From contig JACQCH010000011.1 of NCBI GenBank assembly GCA_016201735.1, forward strand, positions 1,291-65,290: DNA of 64,000 nucleotides, read 5' to 3'. A program made the position numbers and the translations under genes. Below, piece by piece: positions 1-12,813 of the stretch (the first letter of the stretch is position 1; each line of letters begins with the position of its first letter). The notes under the pieces were generated by a model. It did not search any database, was not told the DNA's origin, and was given only the letters and a program-made list of their open reading frames with translations. The stretch is from Candidatus Omnitrophota bacterium. Its GTDB lineage: Bacteria; Omnitrophota; Gorgyraeia; 1-14-0-20-64-10.

Positions 1-792
1 ATCTCCGCCACCCTCTCTTCGTTGGGGGTCCCCTCCCTTTGGCTCCATCCGGCCGAGGCGGCCCACGGAGATTTAGGAAGGGTCACCGGGCAGGATGTGG
101 TGATTGCCCTCTCCCACTCCGGCGAAACGGATGAGATTCTCCATCTTCTTCCCGTTTTAAAAAGGATCGGATCGAAACTGATCGCCATCACCGGCAATTC
201 AAACTCCCGGTTGGCCCGCCAGGCCGATGTGGTTCTCAATACCGGAGTCAAGAACGAGGCCTCTCCCTGGGGATTGGTCCCGACCGCCTCGACGACCGCC
301 ATGCTGGCCCTGGGAGATGCCTTGGCGGTCGCCCTTTCGGAACAGCGGGGCTTCAAGCCGGAAGATTTCGCCGCTCTCCACCCGGGCGGCTCGTTGGGAA
401 AGCGGTTGACCCTGCGGGTGGAGGACCTGATGCGCACGGGCAGGGCGAACCCTGTGGTGCGGGCATCCGACCCGGTCAAGAAAGTACTGCTGGCCATCAC
501 CCGGGCCCGGGCCGGGTCGGCCGGGGTGGTGGATCGGCGGGGGCGCCTGCTCGGGATCTTTACCGACGGGGATCTTCGCCGGCACGCGGAGAAAGACCTC
601 CACATCTTGAAGCGCCCTGTCTCGCAGGTGATGACGAAGAATCCGAAAACCTTGCCGGTCGGGCATCTTGCCGTCGAGGCCCTGAAGCTGCTTCGCTCTC
701 ACCGGATCGATGAGATCCTGATTGTCGACGGAAAATCCAGGCCGACCGGCCTGTTGGACATCCAGGACCTTTTGAAAGCGGGGCTGGTCTAG
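1..792 (+). CDS. kdsD: arabinose-5-phosphate isomerase (KdsD/GutQ family; SIS domain + tandem CBS domains), 5' end truncated by window edge
   Basis: Translation contains SIS-domain motifs (VIALSHSGETDEI, ITGNSNS) followed by two CBS-like segments. The open frame continues to nt 1. The KDO phosphatase gene follows immediately. Confidence 0.8.
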   Translation: MSATLSSLGVPSLWLHPAEAAHGDLGRVTGQDVVIALSHSGETDEILHLLPVLKRIGSKLIAITGNSNSRLARQADVVLNTGVKNEASPWGLVPTASTTAMLALGDALAVALSEQRGFKPEDFAALHPGGSLGKRLTLRVEDLMRTGRANPVVRASDPVKKVLLAITRARAGSAGVVDRRGRLLGIFTDGDLRRHAEKDLHILKRPVSQVMTKNPKTLPVGHLAVEALKLLRSHRIDEILIVDGKSRPTGLLDIQDLLKAGLV

Positions 793-1329
793 GTGAGGAT
801 CAGCAAATCCCAGCTGCGGGCCCGGGCCAAAAAAGTCCAGCTGCTGATCCTGGATGTGGATGGGGTGTTGACCGACCGGCGGATCATCGTCACCTCCAAC
901 GGAACCCAGACCAAGTCGTTCGATGTGCAGGATGGGTTCGGCCTCGTCATGGCCCGGAAGGCCGGTGTAAGGACCGCGATCATCACCGCCGGGCGGTCCG
1001 CTGTGGTGACTCTCCGGGCCCAGCAGTTGAAGGTGGATTGGGTGGCCCAGTTTGCCCAGGACAAAGCAAAGGCCTTCGAGGACTGCCTTCGGCATTTCCG
1101 CATCTCGCCGTCGGCGGCCGGCTACGTCGGAGATGACCTTCCCGATCTGCCGGTTCTAAAGAGAGTCGGGTTTTCCGCCACGGTCGCGGACGGCCGGCCG
1201 GAAGTGAAGCCGCACGTCCATTACGTCACGAAAGCCGCCGGCGGGCGTGGAGCGGTTCGGGAGGTGGTGGAGTTGATCCTCCATGCTCAGGGACATTGGC
1301 CTCAAGTCGTCCGGAGGTACCTCAGATGA
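793..1329 (+). CDS. kdsC: 3-deoxy-D-manno-octulosonate-8-phosphate phosphatase (HAD superfamily, KdsC)
   Basis: GTG start. HAD motif ILDVDGVLTD. The C-terminal GDDLPDL motif is typical of KdsC. Adjacent to kdsD. Confidence 0.8.
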   Translation: MRISKSQLRARAKKVQLLILDVDGVLTDRRIIVTSNGTQTKSFDVQDGFGLVMARKAGVRTAIITAGRSAVVTLRAQQLKVDWVAQFAQDKAKAFEDCLRHFRISPSAAGYVGDDLPDLPVLKRVGFSATVADGRPEVKPHVHYVTKAAGGRGAVREVVELILHAQGHWPQVVRRYLR

Positions 1330-1443
1330 TGCTCCATCTCGGGGTCCTGGCGTGGAGCGGTCCGTTCCCGGCATCGCAGAATCTTCGGCTCGGGGATGGG
1401 GTTCTCAGACCCGCTCCGGAGCCATTGCATGAGATCTTCGGGG

Positions 1444-1488
1444 TGTCAGGGGGCAGGCCCGATGCCGGAACTGGCCTGCCCCCTGACA
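1444..1488 (+). terminator. 15-bp perfect-stem hairpin (tgtcagggggcaggcc / ggcctgccccctgaca) downstream of kdsC; no T-tract
   Basis: Inverted repeat read directly from the sequence. No U-run follows, so it may be a Rho-dependent or processing structure rather than an intrinsic terminator. Confidence 0.3.
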
Positions 1489-1504
1489 GGCCCCCGATTG
1501 AGCG

Positions 1505-2023
1505 GTGGTGCGGACTATGATGAATCCTGAATCGTCGGGGAGAAGGCCGGGGAAATGGACCCTCCCGATGATTCTGTTGGGGGTCTATTTCCTTATCAAA
1601 CTTCAGGGGTGGAACTACGGGTTCCGGGCGATGAATTTGGAGAAGCAGTTGGAGCACCTGCGGCCGACCCTTTCGGCGATTGTTCTTTCCGAACAGCTGG
1701 AGTCGACCCGGGCCGGGCTGACCCAGGTTCTCGATAAGATAGGGGGCTTAGGCCTCCAGGGCGGCCCATTTCTGCAGCAGCTTTCGAAGAACCTGCCGGC
1801 TGAGATCACCCTTGAGAAGATGGAGGTGAGTGCGGAAGGACTCCAGATTCATGGAACTTTGAGGCCGGGCGCGCACACGGCCGAGGAAACCCTGGCTCTT
1901 TGGGCGAAGCAATTGGAGGAGAACTGGCATTCCGTGCAGGTCCAGGAACTGGTTCCGGATCCCAAGACTCAGGAGGTCTGGCACTTTCAGTTGAAGGCGC
2001 GGAGGGTTTCAGATGTTTCCTGA
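1505..2023 (+). CDS. hypothetical membrane protein, PilN/GspL-like (N-terminal TM helix + coiled coil)
   Basis: ORF of 172 aa with a single TM segment (WTLPMILLGVYFLIKL) followed by a helical region. Sits between kdsC and the OstA-like gene, where lptC is normally found, but lacks obvious OstA beta-jellyroll character. Confidence 0.45.
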   Translation: MVRTMMNPESSGRRPGKWTLPMILLGVYFLIKLQGWNYGFRAMNLEKQLEHLRPTLSAIVLSEQLESTRAGLTQVLDKIGGLGLQGGPFLQQLSKNLPAEITLEKMEVSAEGLQIHGTLRPGAHTAEETLALWAKQLEENWHSVQVQELVPDPKTQEVWHFQLKARRVSDVS

Positions 2024-2630
2024 AGCGAACCGGCGGGAAAAACATCTGCTGGGCGGTTTGGGACTCCAGGTCCTGGTCGTTGGGCTTCTGGTTTTTGTCT
2101 ACACGCAGGCGGCCCGGCAATTGAATTATCAGCGGGGGCAGTTCTTGAAATTCCAGGAGCAGCTTTCGGCGGCGAAAGCTCAGGTAGCGAAAGCAGGCAG
2201 CCCGGATTTGGAGAAACTCCGGGCCCAAGTGGCCGAGCTGGAAGGCCGGCTGGCCGCTCTCAAGACCCTGCCGGAGTTGGCCAAGACCCTGGAATCGTCG
2301 GCGAAAGAGCGGTTCGGGTTCCACGACGTGACCCTCATGGTGGGAGTGGTGGAGAAGACCGTCCAGTCGGACCTCCCGGACCGGCCGGCTGTCGCGGCGA
2401 ATCTGGTGGGATTGGAGCTGAAGGGAGCCGCCAGCACCCGGGAAACGGCCGCCTTCTTGGACAGCTTGACCTCTTCCCTCTCGAAATTTCTGTTCCCCCT
2501 TCAATCCATGCAGTTGGAGGCGCAGGCCCCGAATCAGCAGGGTCCGCTCGCCGTTCGTTTAAAATGGCTCGTGGCGGTTTCTCCGGAATCGGAGTCGGCC
2601 CCCACAGCGACCGCGCCGTCCGCTCATTGA
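2013..2630 (+). CDS. hypothetical membrane protein, PilO/GspM-like
   Basis: ORF of 205 aa overlapping the previous gene by 11 nt (operonic). TM helix, then a coiled coil, then an alpha/beta C-terminal region. Confidence 0.45.
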   Translation: MFPEANRREKHLLGGLGLQVLVVGLLVFVYTQAARQLNYQRGQFLKFQEQLSAAKAQVAKAGSPDLEKLRAQVAELEGRLAALKTLPELAKTLESSAKERFGFHDVTLMVGVVEKTVQSDLPDRPAVAANLVGLELKGAASTRETAAFLDSLTSSLSKFLFPLQSMQLEAQAPNQQGPLAVRLKWLVAVSPESESAPTATAPSAH

Positions 2631-2666
2631 CTTTTCCTAACCGTCTGATATAGTGTCTGTTTCACG

Positions 2667-3476
2667 ATGAGAGCGGTCCTCTGCTGTCTGATTTTTTTAG
2701 TGGGCTTTCTGGGATGTTCAAAGAAAGCCGGCCCGCCGCCTCCTCCAATCGCCTCCTCGAATGACGCGGTTTCTGTCTTTACCCTGGTTGGGCACTCGGA
2801 CAACGGCCGCAAGAAATGGGAGGTCCAGGGGGAGACGGCCGATCTTCTGGGGGAGATCGTTCAGCTTTCTCCGGTGACGGCCAGGAGCTTCGGGGATGTG
2901 GAGGTGAAGCTCACCGCCAACCGGGGGCGGTACCAGAAGACCACCCAGGACATTTATCTCCAGAAGAATGTGGTGGTGACTACCTCCGACGGGGGGCGGC
3001 TCACGACGGAGTCGCTCCAGTGGTGGCATGAGCGGGATATGGCCCGGACCCTGGATTGGCTCAACATCAGCCGGCCCGGGATGACCGTGCTCGGGATCGG
3101 CGGTGTCGGGTTCCCGAAGCTGAAAAGGGCCCGGGTGGAACGGAAGATCACCGTGACCCTTCAAGGGGAGGAAGGGCAGACGGTGGTGACCTGCGACGGG
3201 CCGATGGAGGTCGATTATGTCCAGCACAAGGCCCGGTTCTGGCGCAACGTCCTGGTCCGGGACGCGCAGGGGTTCATTCGGTCCGATCGGCTCGATGTTC
3301 TTTTGACGTCCGAGACGAACCAGATTCAGGAAGCCCGGTTTTGGGGGCACGTGCAGATTCATCGTGGGAACCAAAGGGCCACTGCCCAGCGGGCCAATTA
3401 TTGGGGTTCACCCAAACGGACCCGCCTGACGGGCCATACACGGATGGTGATGCTTCCTCAAGACAATGAGCAGTAA
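2667..3476 (+). CDS. LptA/LptC-family (OstA-like) lipoprotein
   Basis: Signal peptide with lipobox (LGC). OstA-like repeat character. The C-terminal region resembles LptA (…TAQRANYW…TRLTGHTRMV). Overlaps lptB start by 11 nt. Confidence 0.6.
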   Translation: MRAVLCCLIFLVGFLGCSKKAGPPPPPIASSNDAVSVFTLVGHSDNGRKKWEVQGETADLLGEIVQLSPVTARSFGDVEVKLTANRGRYQKTTQDIYLQKNVVVTTSDGGRLTTESLQWWHERDMARTLDWLNISRPGMTVLGIGGVGFPKLKRARVERKITVTLQGEEGQTVVTCDGPMEVDYVQHKARFWRNVLVRDAQGFIRSDRLDVLLTSETNQIQEARFWGHVQIHRGNQRATAQRANYWGSPKRTRLTGHTRMVMLPQDNEQ

Positions 3477-4200
3477 CGGATCTCTTTTAGAAACGCAGGG
3501 GCTGGCCAAGAGCTACAACGGGCGGCGGGTCGTCGACCAGGTGGCTCTGACCGTCCACCGGGGAGAGATCGTCGGTCTTTTAGGACCCAACGGGGCGGGA
3601 AAAACCACCACCTTCTACATGGTGGTGGGGTTGATCCCGCCGGAGAACGGCCGGATCCTGTTTAACGGCCAGGAGATCACCCGCCGGCCGATGCACCAAC
3701 GGGCCCGGATCGGGATCGGGTACCTGGCTCAGGAGCCGTCGATCTTCCGGCGGCTGACGGTCGAGGAGAATATCCTGGCGATCCTGGAGACCTTGAACTT
3801 GTCTCGAGCCCAACGGCTCTATCGGCTGGAGCAGCTTTTAGATGAGTTGGGACTGCGGGGGTTAGCGAAAGCCAAAGCCGATACCCTTTCCGGAGGGGAG
3901 CGGCGGCGTCTGGAGATTACCCGGGCCCTGGTGACCCAGCCGACGTTCCTCCTGCTGGATGAGCCTTTTTCGGGGATCGATCCGATCGCCGTGGCCGAAT
4001 GCCAAGAGATCATCCGGGGATTAAAGAGCCGGGGGTTGGGGATCCTGCTGACCGATCACAACGTCCGGGAGACCCTGGCTATTACCGACCGGGCGTATCT
4101 GATGGCCGAGGGCCGGGTGTTGATCACCGGGGGCGCCCAGGATCTGATCCAGGACCCGAAGGCCCGGGAGCTGTATCTGGGCCCGAAGTTCCAAATGTGA
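3466..4200 (+). CDS. lptB: LPS export ABC transporter ATP-binding protein LptB
   Basis: Walker A GPNGAGKTT, ABC signature LSGGERRRLEI, Walker B LLLDEP. Canonical lptB length (244 aa) and context. Confidence 0.9.
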   Translation: MSSNGSLLETQGLAKSYNGRRVVDQVALTVHRGEIVGLLGPNGAGKTTTFYMVVGLIPPENGRILFNGQEITRRPMHQRARIGIGYLAQEPSIFRRLTVEENILAILETLNLSRAQRLYRLEQLLDELGLRGLAKAKADTLSGGERRRLEITRALVTQPTFLLLDEPFSGIDPIAVAECQEIIRGLKSRGLGILLTDHNVRETLAITDRAYLMAEGRVLITGGAQDLIQDPKARELYLGPKFQM

Positions 4201-4202
4201 GT

Positions 4203-4354
4203 GAGGCCGAAACTTATGGAGCGAAGCGAACATAAGTTTGTTGGCCGAACTCATCCCGAGGCGACGAAGTCGCCGAGGGATCTCACGCGAACGTCATCTC
4301 GAACGAAGTGAGAGATCTCGAGATTTCTCGGCGGCTTCGCCGCCTCGAAATGAC
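4203..4354 (+). repeat. structured intergenic element, copy A of a 3-member CGAAG-loop hairpin family (lptB-hpf spacer)
   Basis: Hairpin aaacttatg-[gagcgaagcgaa]-cataagttt flanked by ggcc/ggcc. A catcccgaggcgacgaagtcgccgagggatctc core that is identical at 40296-40328. A second hairpin atctc-[gaacgaagtga]-gagat. A GC hairpin (ggcggc ttc gccgcc) inside gagatttctc…tcgaaatgac. Confidence 0.6.
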
Positions 4355-4386
4355 GGTGGAGGCGGACTCGCAATGACGGAGTTTTT

Positions 4387-4704
4387 ATGCGCGTCACCCT
4401 GACGGCCCGTCATGTAGAAGTTCCGGAGCTGTTTCGAGAGCTTTTGATGTCCAAGCTCGAGAAGCTGGAGCATTTCGGCCATGAGATCCTGGGACTGCAC
4501 GCGATCTTCGGCCGGGAGAGGTACTTTTACACGGCGGAGCTGACGTTAACGACCAAAGGTTTAACGCTGGTGGGCAAGGCCAAGGACCAGCGGGATCTGC
4601 TGACCTGCATGGAGGAGGCACTGATGAAGCTGAAAGAACAGCTTCGGCGCCATGAATCGAAACAGGTGGAAAACCGGCGCCGGAACGGGCCCCACCGTCC
4701 TTAG
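4387..4704 (+). CDS. hpf: ribosome hibernation promoting factor (HPF/RaiA, sigma-54 modulation protein family)
   Basis: 105 aa. The N-terminus MRVTLTARHVEVPELFRE is typical of HPF. GGAG RBS 7 nt upstream. Sits downstream of lptB, as in many genomes, but here without rpoN in between. Confidence 0.85.
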   Translation: MRVTLTARHVEVPELFRELLMSKLEKLEHFGHEILGLHAIFGRERYFYTAELTLTTKGLTLVGKAKDQRDLLTCMEEALMKLKEQLRRHESKQVENRRRNGPHRP

Positions 4705-4707
4705 CGA

Positions 4708-5982
4708 ATGGGAACGACCCAGGTGGCTGTCACTGCGAGATTAAAAGAGATCGCTCCTTGCCAGAAGGAGCTTCACGTCGAGGTTCCCCGCGAGGAGATC
4801 GAGGCGGAGTTCGAGGCGGTCTACCGGGAGCTTAAGAAAAATGCGTTCGTGCCCGGTTTCCGGGTAGGGTTCGCCCCCCGGGATCTTCTGGAGCGGTATC
4901 ACGGGGAAAAAGCGAAGGAAGAGGTTTTAAACCGCCTGGTCGCCCACTCATTGGAAGAGGCCTTGAAGCAGCAGGAATCGCTGGATCTGGTCGGTCGGCC
5001 GTCGGTGACCGACCTCCAGTTTGATCCGAAGACCAAACTCTCCTACTCGGCCAGGCTGGAGGTGGCCCCCCAGGTGCCGCTGGGGCGGTACAAAGGGCTC
5101 TCCTTAATTCGCCCCAAGGTCAAAGTGACGGAAGAGGATCTTTCCCGGGTCCTCGCCCGCATGCAGGAATCTCAGGCCCAGTTGGAACCGGTGCTGGAGT
5201 CCCGGCCCGCCGCCGAGGGAGATTTCCTTCTGGCCAATGTCACCGAGCAGAGTCCGGGCAAGCCACCGGTGAAGCGCCGGGATCTGATCATCCCGCTGGA
5301 TCTTTCCAAGGAGAAGGATCCGGATGGAATTTTAAAGGGACTGCTGGGGCTGACTCCGGGTGAAGGGAGGTCTCTCCCGGTGAAGGAGGGACGAACCCTC
5401 ACCGTGGAACTTAAAACGATCAAGGCCAAGCGCCTGCCGGCTCTCGACGACGCCTTCGCCCGATCGGTCGGCTCCTTTGAAACGCTCGCGGCGTTGAAGC
5501 AGGCGATTCAAGAAAGCCTGCAGAAAGAAGGGGAGGCCTCCCAGCGCCAGGCCTTGGAGTCGCAGGCGATCCATGAGCTGCTGGAAGGATGGAATTTCGA
5601 TGTGCCCCCCTCCTTGGTCGGATCTCAGGCGCAGCGGCTCTTGAAGGAGCGGGCCCTGGAATTGATGAACCAGGGTGTGCCGCCGTCGGAGGTGGAAGAG
5701 CGGGCCAAACTTCTTGCCGAGCAGGCGAAGCTGGACGCGCTCAAACAGGTGAAGCTGTTTTTCATTCTGCGCCGGATCGCCGCCAGCGAAGAGATCTCGG
5801 CGACCGCACAGGAGATAGAAGCCCGGCTGAAGGCCTTGGCGGACCGGCTCAAGGTTTCCGTCGAGGAGGTCCGGAAGGATTTAGAGGCACGGGAGCTTCT
5901 GGAGGAGTTGGGTTGGAACATTGTTCGGATGAAGGTGTTCGATCTCATTATTCAGGAGGCAACCATCAATGACCGAACGTAA
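4708..5982 (+). CDS. tig: trigger factor
   Basis: 424 aa. N-terminal ribosome-binding domain with GFR(V/K)G motif ([10 protein letters not shown]). Followed by clpP. Confidence 0.9.
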   Translation: MGTTQVAVTARLKEIAPCQKELHVEVPREEIEAEFEAVYRELKKNAFVPGFRVGFAPRDLLERYHGEKAKEEVLNRLVAHSLEEALKQQESLDLVGRPSVTDLQFDPKTKLSYSARLEVAPQVPLGRYKGLSLIRPKVKVTEEDLSRVLARMQESQAQLEPVLESRPAAEGDFLLANVTEQSPGKPPVKRRDLIIPLDLSKEKDPDGILKGLLGLTPGEGRSLPVKEGRTLTVELKTIKAKRLPALDDAFARSVGSFETLAALKQAIQESLQKEGEASQRQALESQAIHELLEGWNFDVPPSLVGSQAQRLLKERALELMNQGVPPSEVEERAKLLAEQAKLDALKQVKLFFILRRIAASEEISATAQEIEARLKALADRLKVSVEEVRKDLEARELLEELGWNIVRMKVFDLIIQEATINDRT

Positions 5983-6571
5983 CCAGATGTTGGTACCGAT
6001 TGTCGTGGAGCAGACCGGAAGAGGGGAGCGGGCCTATGACATCTATTCCCGTCTGTTGAAGGACCGGATTATTTTCATCGGTTCCGGGATCGATGACTTG
6101 ATCGCCAACCTGATCATCGCCCAGATGCTGTTCCTTCAGATGGAGGACCCGCACAAGGACATCAACGTTTACATCAACTCTCCCGGCGGGATGGTGACGG
6201 CGGGGCTGGCGATCTACGACACGATCCAATTCGTCAAGCCCGACGTGGCCACCTACTGCATCGGGCAGGCCAGTTCCATGGGGGCGGTGCTGCTGGCCGC
6301 CGGCACCAAGGGAAAACGGTACAGCCTGCCGGAGGCCCGGATCATGATTCACCAGCCCTGGGGCGGGACGCAGGGGGCTGCGTCGGACATCTCGATCCAA
6401 GCGAAGGAGATCCTCCGGATGCGGGACCGGCTCAACGAGATCCTGGCCCGGCACACCGGCCAGCAGCTGGACAAAATTCAGAAGGACACCGACCGGGATT
6501 TCTTCATGTCGGCGAACGATGCCAAACAGTACGGGATCGTCGACGAGGTGATCGTGGGAAAGCAAAAATGA
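5969..6571 (+). CDS. clpP: ATP-dependent Clp protease proteolytic subunit ClpP
   Basis: Catalytic Ser/His motifs ([19 protein letters not shown]). 200 aa. Overlaps the tig stop. Confidence 0.95.
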   Translation: MTERNQMLVPIVVEQTGRGERAYDIYSRLLKDRIIFIGSGIDDLIANLIIAQMLFLQMEDPHKDINVYINSPGGMVTAGLAIYDTIQFVKPDVATYCIGQASSMGAVLLAAGTKGKRYSLPEARIMIHQPWGGTQGAASDISIQAKEILRMRDRLNEILARHTGQQLDKIQKDTDRDFFMSANDAKQYGIVDEVIVGKQK

Positions 6572-6574
6572 CCC

Positions 6575-7684
6575 ATGGTGCGTGACCCGATCTTACTGAC
6601 GCCGGGACCGACACCGGTTCCTCCCGAGATCCGCCAGGTGATGGCGCGTCCCATCCCCCACCACCGGACGCCGGAATTCCAGGCGATCCTGAAGGAGGTC
6701 GGGGCCGGGTTGAAAACCGTTTTCCGGACCCAGCAGGATGTTTTGATCTTCACCAGTTCCGGGACCGGGGCGATGGAGGCGGCGGTGGTGAACCTGCTGT
6801 CGCCGGGGGAGACGGCCTTGGTGATTCAGGGCGGGAAATTCGGGGAGCGCTGGGCCGAGATCTGCCGGGCGTACCGGATTTCCGTGGTGGAATTCAATCC
6901 TCCATGGGGCAAACCGCTGGACTTAGAATCCGTCAAACAGGAAACGACCAAGAACCCGTCGATCAAGGCGGTTTTCTCCACCCTGTGCGAAACGTCAACC
7001 GGGGTCGTGTTCGACATCAAGGGTTTGAGGGCGGCGATCGGCCCGAAGCCCCTCTTGGTCGTCGACGCGATCAGCGGACTAGGGGCGGATCCGTTCGACA
7101 TGGACGGCTGGGGCGTCGACGTGACGGTAAGCGGTTCCCAGAAGGGACTCATGCTTCCCCCGGGGCTGGCCTTTATCGCCCTGTCCGCCCGGGCGTGGGA
7201 ACAAGTGGACCGCTCCACCTCTGGCCGGTATTATCTGGATCTGCGGCTGGCCCGGGAGGCCTGGAAGGAGACGGATACCCCCTTTACCCCGGCGATCTCC
7301 TTAATCATCGGATTGGCCGAGTCGCTTAAAATAATTCAAAAGAAGGGACTCGATCAGGTCTTGGCGAATAATCGAAATCTCGCGGAATCGGTCCGGAAAA
7401 CGATCAAGGGACTGGGATTGGAGCTGTACACCGATCCGGCCTGCTCGAGCAACGGAGTGACCTCGGTCAAGGTTCCCGCCGGTGTCGATGGGAAAGAGCT
7501 GTTGAAGCGGCTCCGGAAGGAGGAAGGGATCGTTCTGGCCGGCGGCCAGGGCAAGGAGCTGGCCGGGAAAATTTTTCGGATCGCGACGATGGGAGCGATC
7601 GGTCCCGAGGAAATCCGGGTGGGGCTGGCCGCATTGGAAAAGGTGCTCAGTTCAATGGGTTGGAAGGCGGTGCTGCATGGCTGA
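6575..7684 (+). CDS. class V aminotransferase (serine-pyruvate / phosphoserine aminotransferase-like)
   Basis: PLP-dependent class V fold signatures (LLTPGPTPVP, FTSSGTGAMEA, SGSQKGL). Immediately upstream of serA, suggesting a role in serine biosynthesis. Confidence 0.75.
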   Translation: MVRDPILLTPGPTPVPPEIRQVMARPIPHHRTPEFQAILKEVGAGLKTVFRTQQDVLIFTSSGTGAMEAAVVNLLSPGETALVIQGGKFGERWAEICRAYRISVVEFNPPWGKPLDLESVKQETTKNPSIKAVFSTLCETSTGVVFDIKGLRAAIGPKPLLVVDAISGLGADPFDMDGWGVDVTVSGSQKGLMLPPGLAFIALSARAWEQVDRSTSGRYYLDLRLAREAWKETDTPFTPAISLIIGLAESLKIIQKKGLDQVLANNRNLAESVRKTIKGLGLELYTDPACSSNGVTSVKVPAGVDGKELLKRLRKEEGIVLAGGQGKELAGKIFRIATMGAIGPEEIRVGLAALEKVLSSMGWKAVLHG

Positions 7685-9272
7685 ATCGATCCGGATCCTG
7701 GTCACTGACCCGTTGGCGGAAGAGGGGATTCATCTTTTAAAGTCGGAGAATCAAGTTTCCGTCGATGTGAAAACGAAACTGACGGCCGAAGAGCTGTTGG
7801 GAATCATCGGCCAGTACGATGGGCTCGTGGTCCGCTCTGGAACGCAGGTGACCAAAGAGGTGCTGGACAAAGCCGGGCGGCTCAAGGTGATCGGGCGGGC
7901 CGGAGCCGGCTTGGACAACATCGACGTGGAGACTGCCTCCAAACGGGGGATCATTGTGATGAATGCCGCCGGGGGGAATACGATTTCCACAGCGGAGCAC
8001 ACGATGTCTCTTCTCTTAAGCATGACCCGGAATATTCCGCAGGCGAGCGCCACTCTCAAAGGAGGCAAGTGGGACCGGTCCGCTTTCATGGGGGTGGAAC
8101 TGTACGGCAAGACCCTGGGGATCGTCGGCTTAGGGAAGGTCGGTTCCGAAGTGGCCCGGCGGGTGGTCGCTTTCGGGATGAGGATCATGGTGTACGACCC
8201 GTATCTTTCCGAGGAGAAGGCTCGGGAGCTGGATGCCGAGCCGGTCGCGCGGATTGAGGATCTGTTTAAGAGGGCCGACTTCATCACCGTTCATACCCCG
8301 CTGACCAATGAGACGAAGGCCTTGATCGGAGAAAAGGAATTCGCCCTCATGAAAAAGGGGGTCCGGATCGTGAACTGCGCCCGGGGCGGGATCGTGGATG
8401 AGAAAGCGCTGGTGGAGGCAATCCGTTCCGGGAAGGTGGCCGGCGCCGCATTGGATGTGTTCGAGCAGGAACCGCCGGCGAACAAAGAGTTGCTGGGCCT
8501 GCCGCAAGTGGTCGTGACGCCCCACCTGGGGGCCTCGACGGAGGAGGCGCAGGTGAACGTCGCCCGGGAGATCGCGGTCAGCGTCCGGGACTGCCTCTTG
8601 GGCAAAGGGATCCGCAACGCCGTCAACGTTCCCTGCGTCGATCCGGAGGTGCTCAAACTGATCGAGCCATACCTGAAGCTGATCGAGCGGATGGGATCCC
8701 TCCAGGCCCAATTGGTGGAAGGCCACATCCGGGCCGTCCGGATCCGCTACGTCGGCGAGATCGTCCGGCTGGAGCTGGCGCCGCTGACCATCTCCTTCAT
8801 CAAGGGACTGCTCACTCCCGCCCTGCAGGAGTCGGTCAACTACGTCAACGCCGCGGTGATCGCCAAGGAGCGGGGAATCAAGGTGATCGAGTCGAAAGCG
8901 ACCGAGGCGGAGGATTTCGCCAATCTGATCGTGACGACCGTCGAGACCGACCGGAAAACCACCCAGGTGGACGGGACCCTCTTTACCCGGTCCGACCCCC
9001 GGATCGTCCGGATCAACGATTTCCATGTGGACGCGGTTCCCTCGGGAGCCATGCTGGTGGTCCGGAATCTGGACCGCCCCGGCATGATCGGCCGGATCGG
9101 AGCGACCCTGGGCTCCAAAGGGATCAACATCAGTTGGATGACCTTCGGCCGGAAGGACCAGGGGGGCGACGCGATCACGGTGCTCAACCTGGACCAAGTC
9201 CCTTCCCCTCAGGTTTTGGCGGAGATCAAGAAACTGCCCGATGTGCTGGACGCTACCCTGGTAAAGCTCTAA
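7677..9272 (+). CDS. serA: D-3-phosphoglycerate dehydrogenase with C-terminal ACT domain
   Basis: NAD-binding GxGxxG (GIVGLGKVG). 2-hydroxyacid dehydrogenase catalytic region. C-terminal ACT domain. 531 aa. Confidence 0.9.
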   Translation: MAESIRILVTDPLAEEGIHLLKSENQVSVDVKTKLTAEELLGIIGQYDGLVVRSGTQVTKEVLDKAGRLKVIGRAGAGLDNIDVETASKRGIIVMNAAGGNTISTAEHTMSLLLSMTRNIPQASATLKGGKWDRSAFMGVELYGKTLGIVGLGKVGSEVARRVVAFGMRIMVYDPYLSEEKARELDAEPVARIEDLFKRADFITVHTPLTNETKALIGEKEFALMKKGVRIVNCARGGIVDEKALVEAIRSGKVAGAALDVFEQEPPANKELLGLPQVVVTPHLGASTEEAQVNVAREIAVSVRDCLLGKGIRNAVNVPCVDPEVLKLIEPYLKLIERMGSLQAQLVEGHIRAVRIRYVGEIVRLELAPLTISFIKGLLTPALQESVNYVNAAVIAKERGIKVIESKATEAEDFANLIVTTVETDRKTTQVDGTLFTRSDPRIVRINDFHVDAVPSGAMLVVRNLDRPGMIGRIGATLGSKGINISWMTFGRKDQGGDAITVLNLDQVPSPQVLAEIKKLPDVLDATLVKL

Positions 9273-12798
<3,526 letters not shown>

Positions 12799-12813
12799 AA
12801 GGAGAAGTATACG

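Noticed and set aside
4205-4386. Missing rpoN between lptB and hpf considered as a possible deletion or assembly artefact
   Set aside because: The spacer is occupied by a well-formed structured repeat element with intact flanking genes. There is no sign of a truncated rpoN fragment in any frame.
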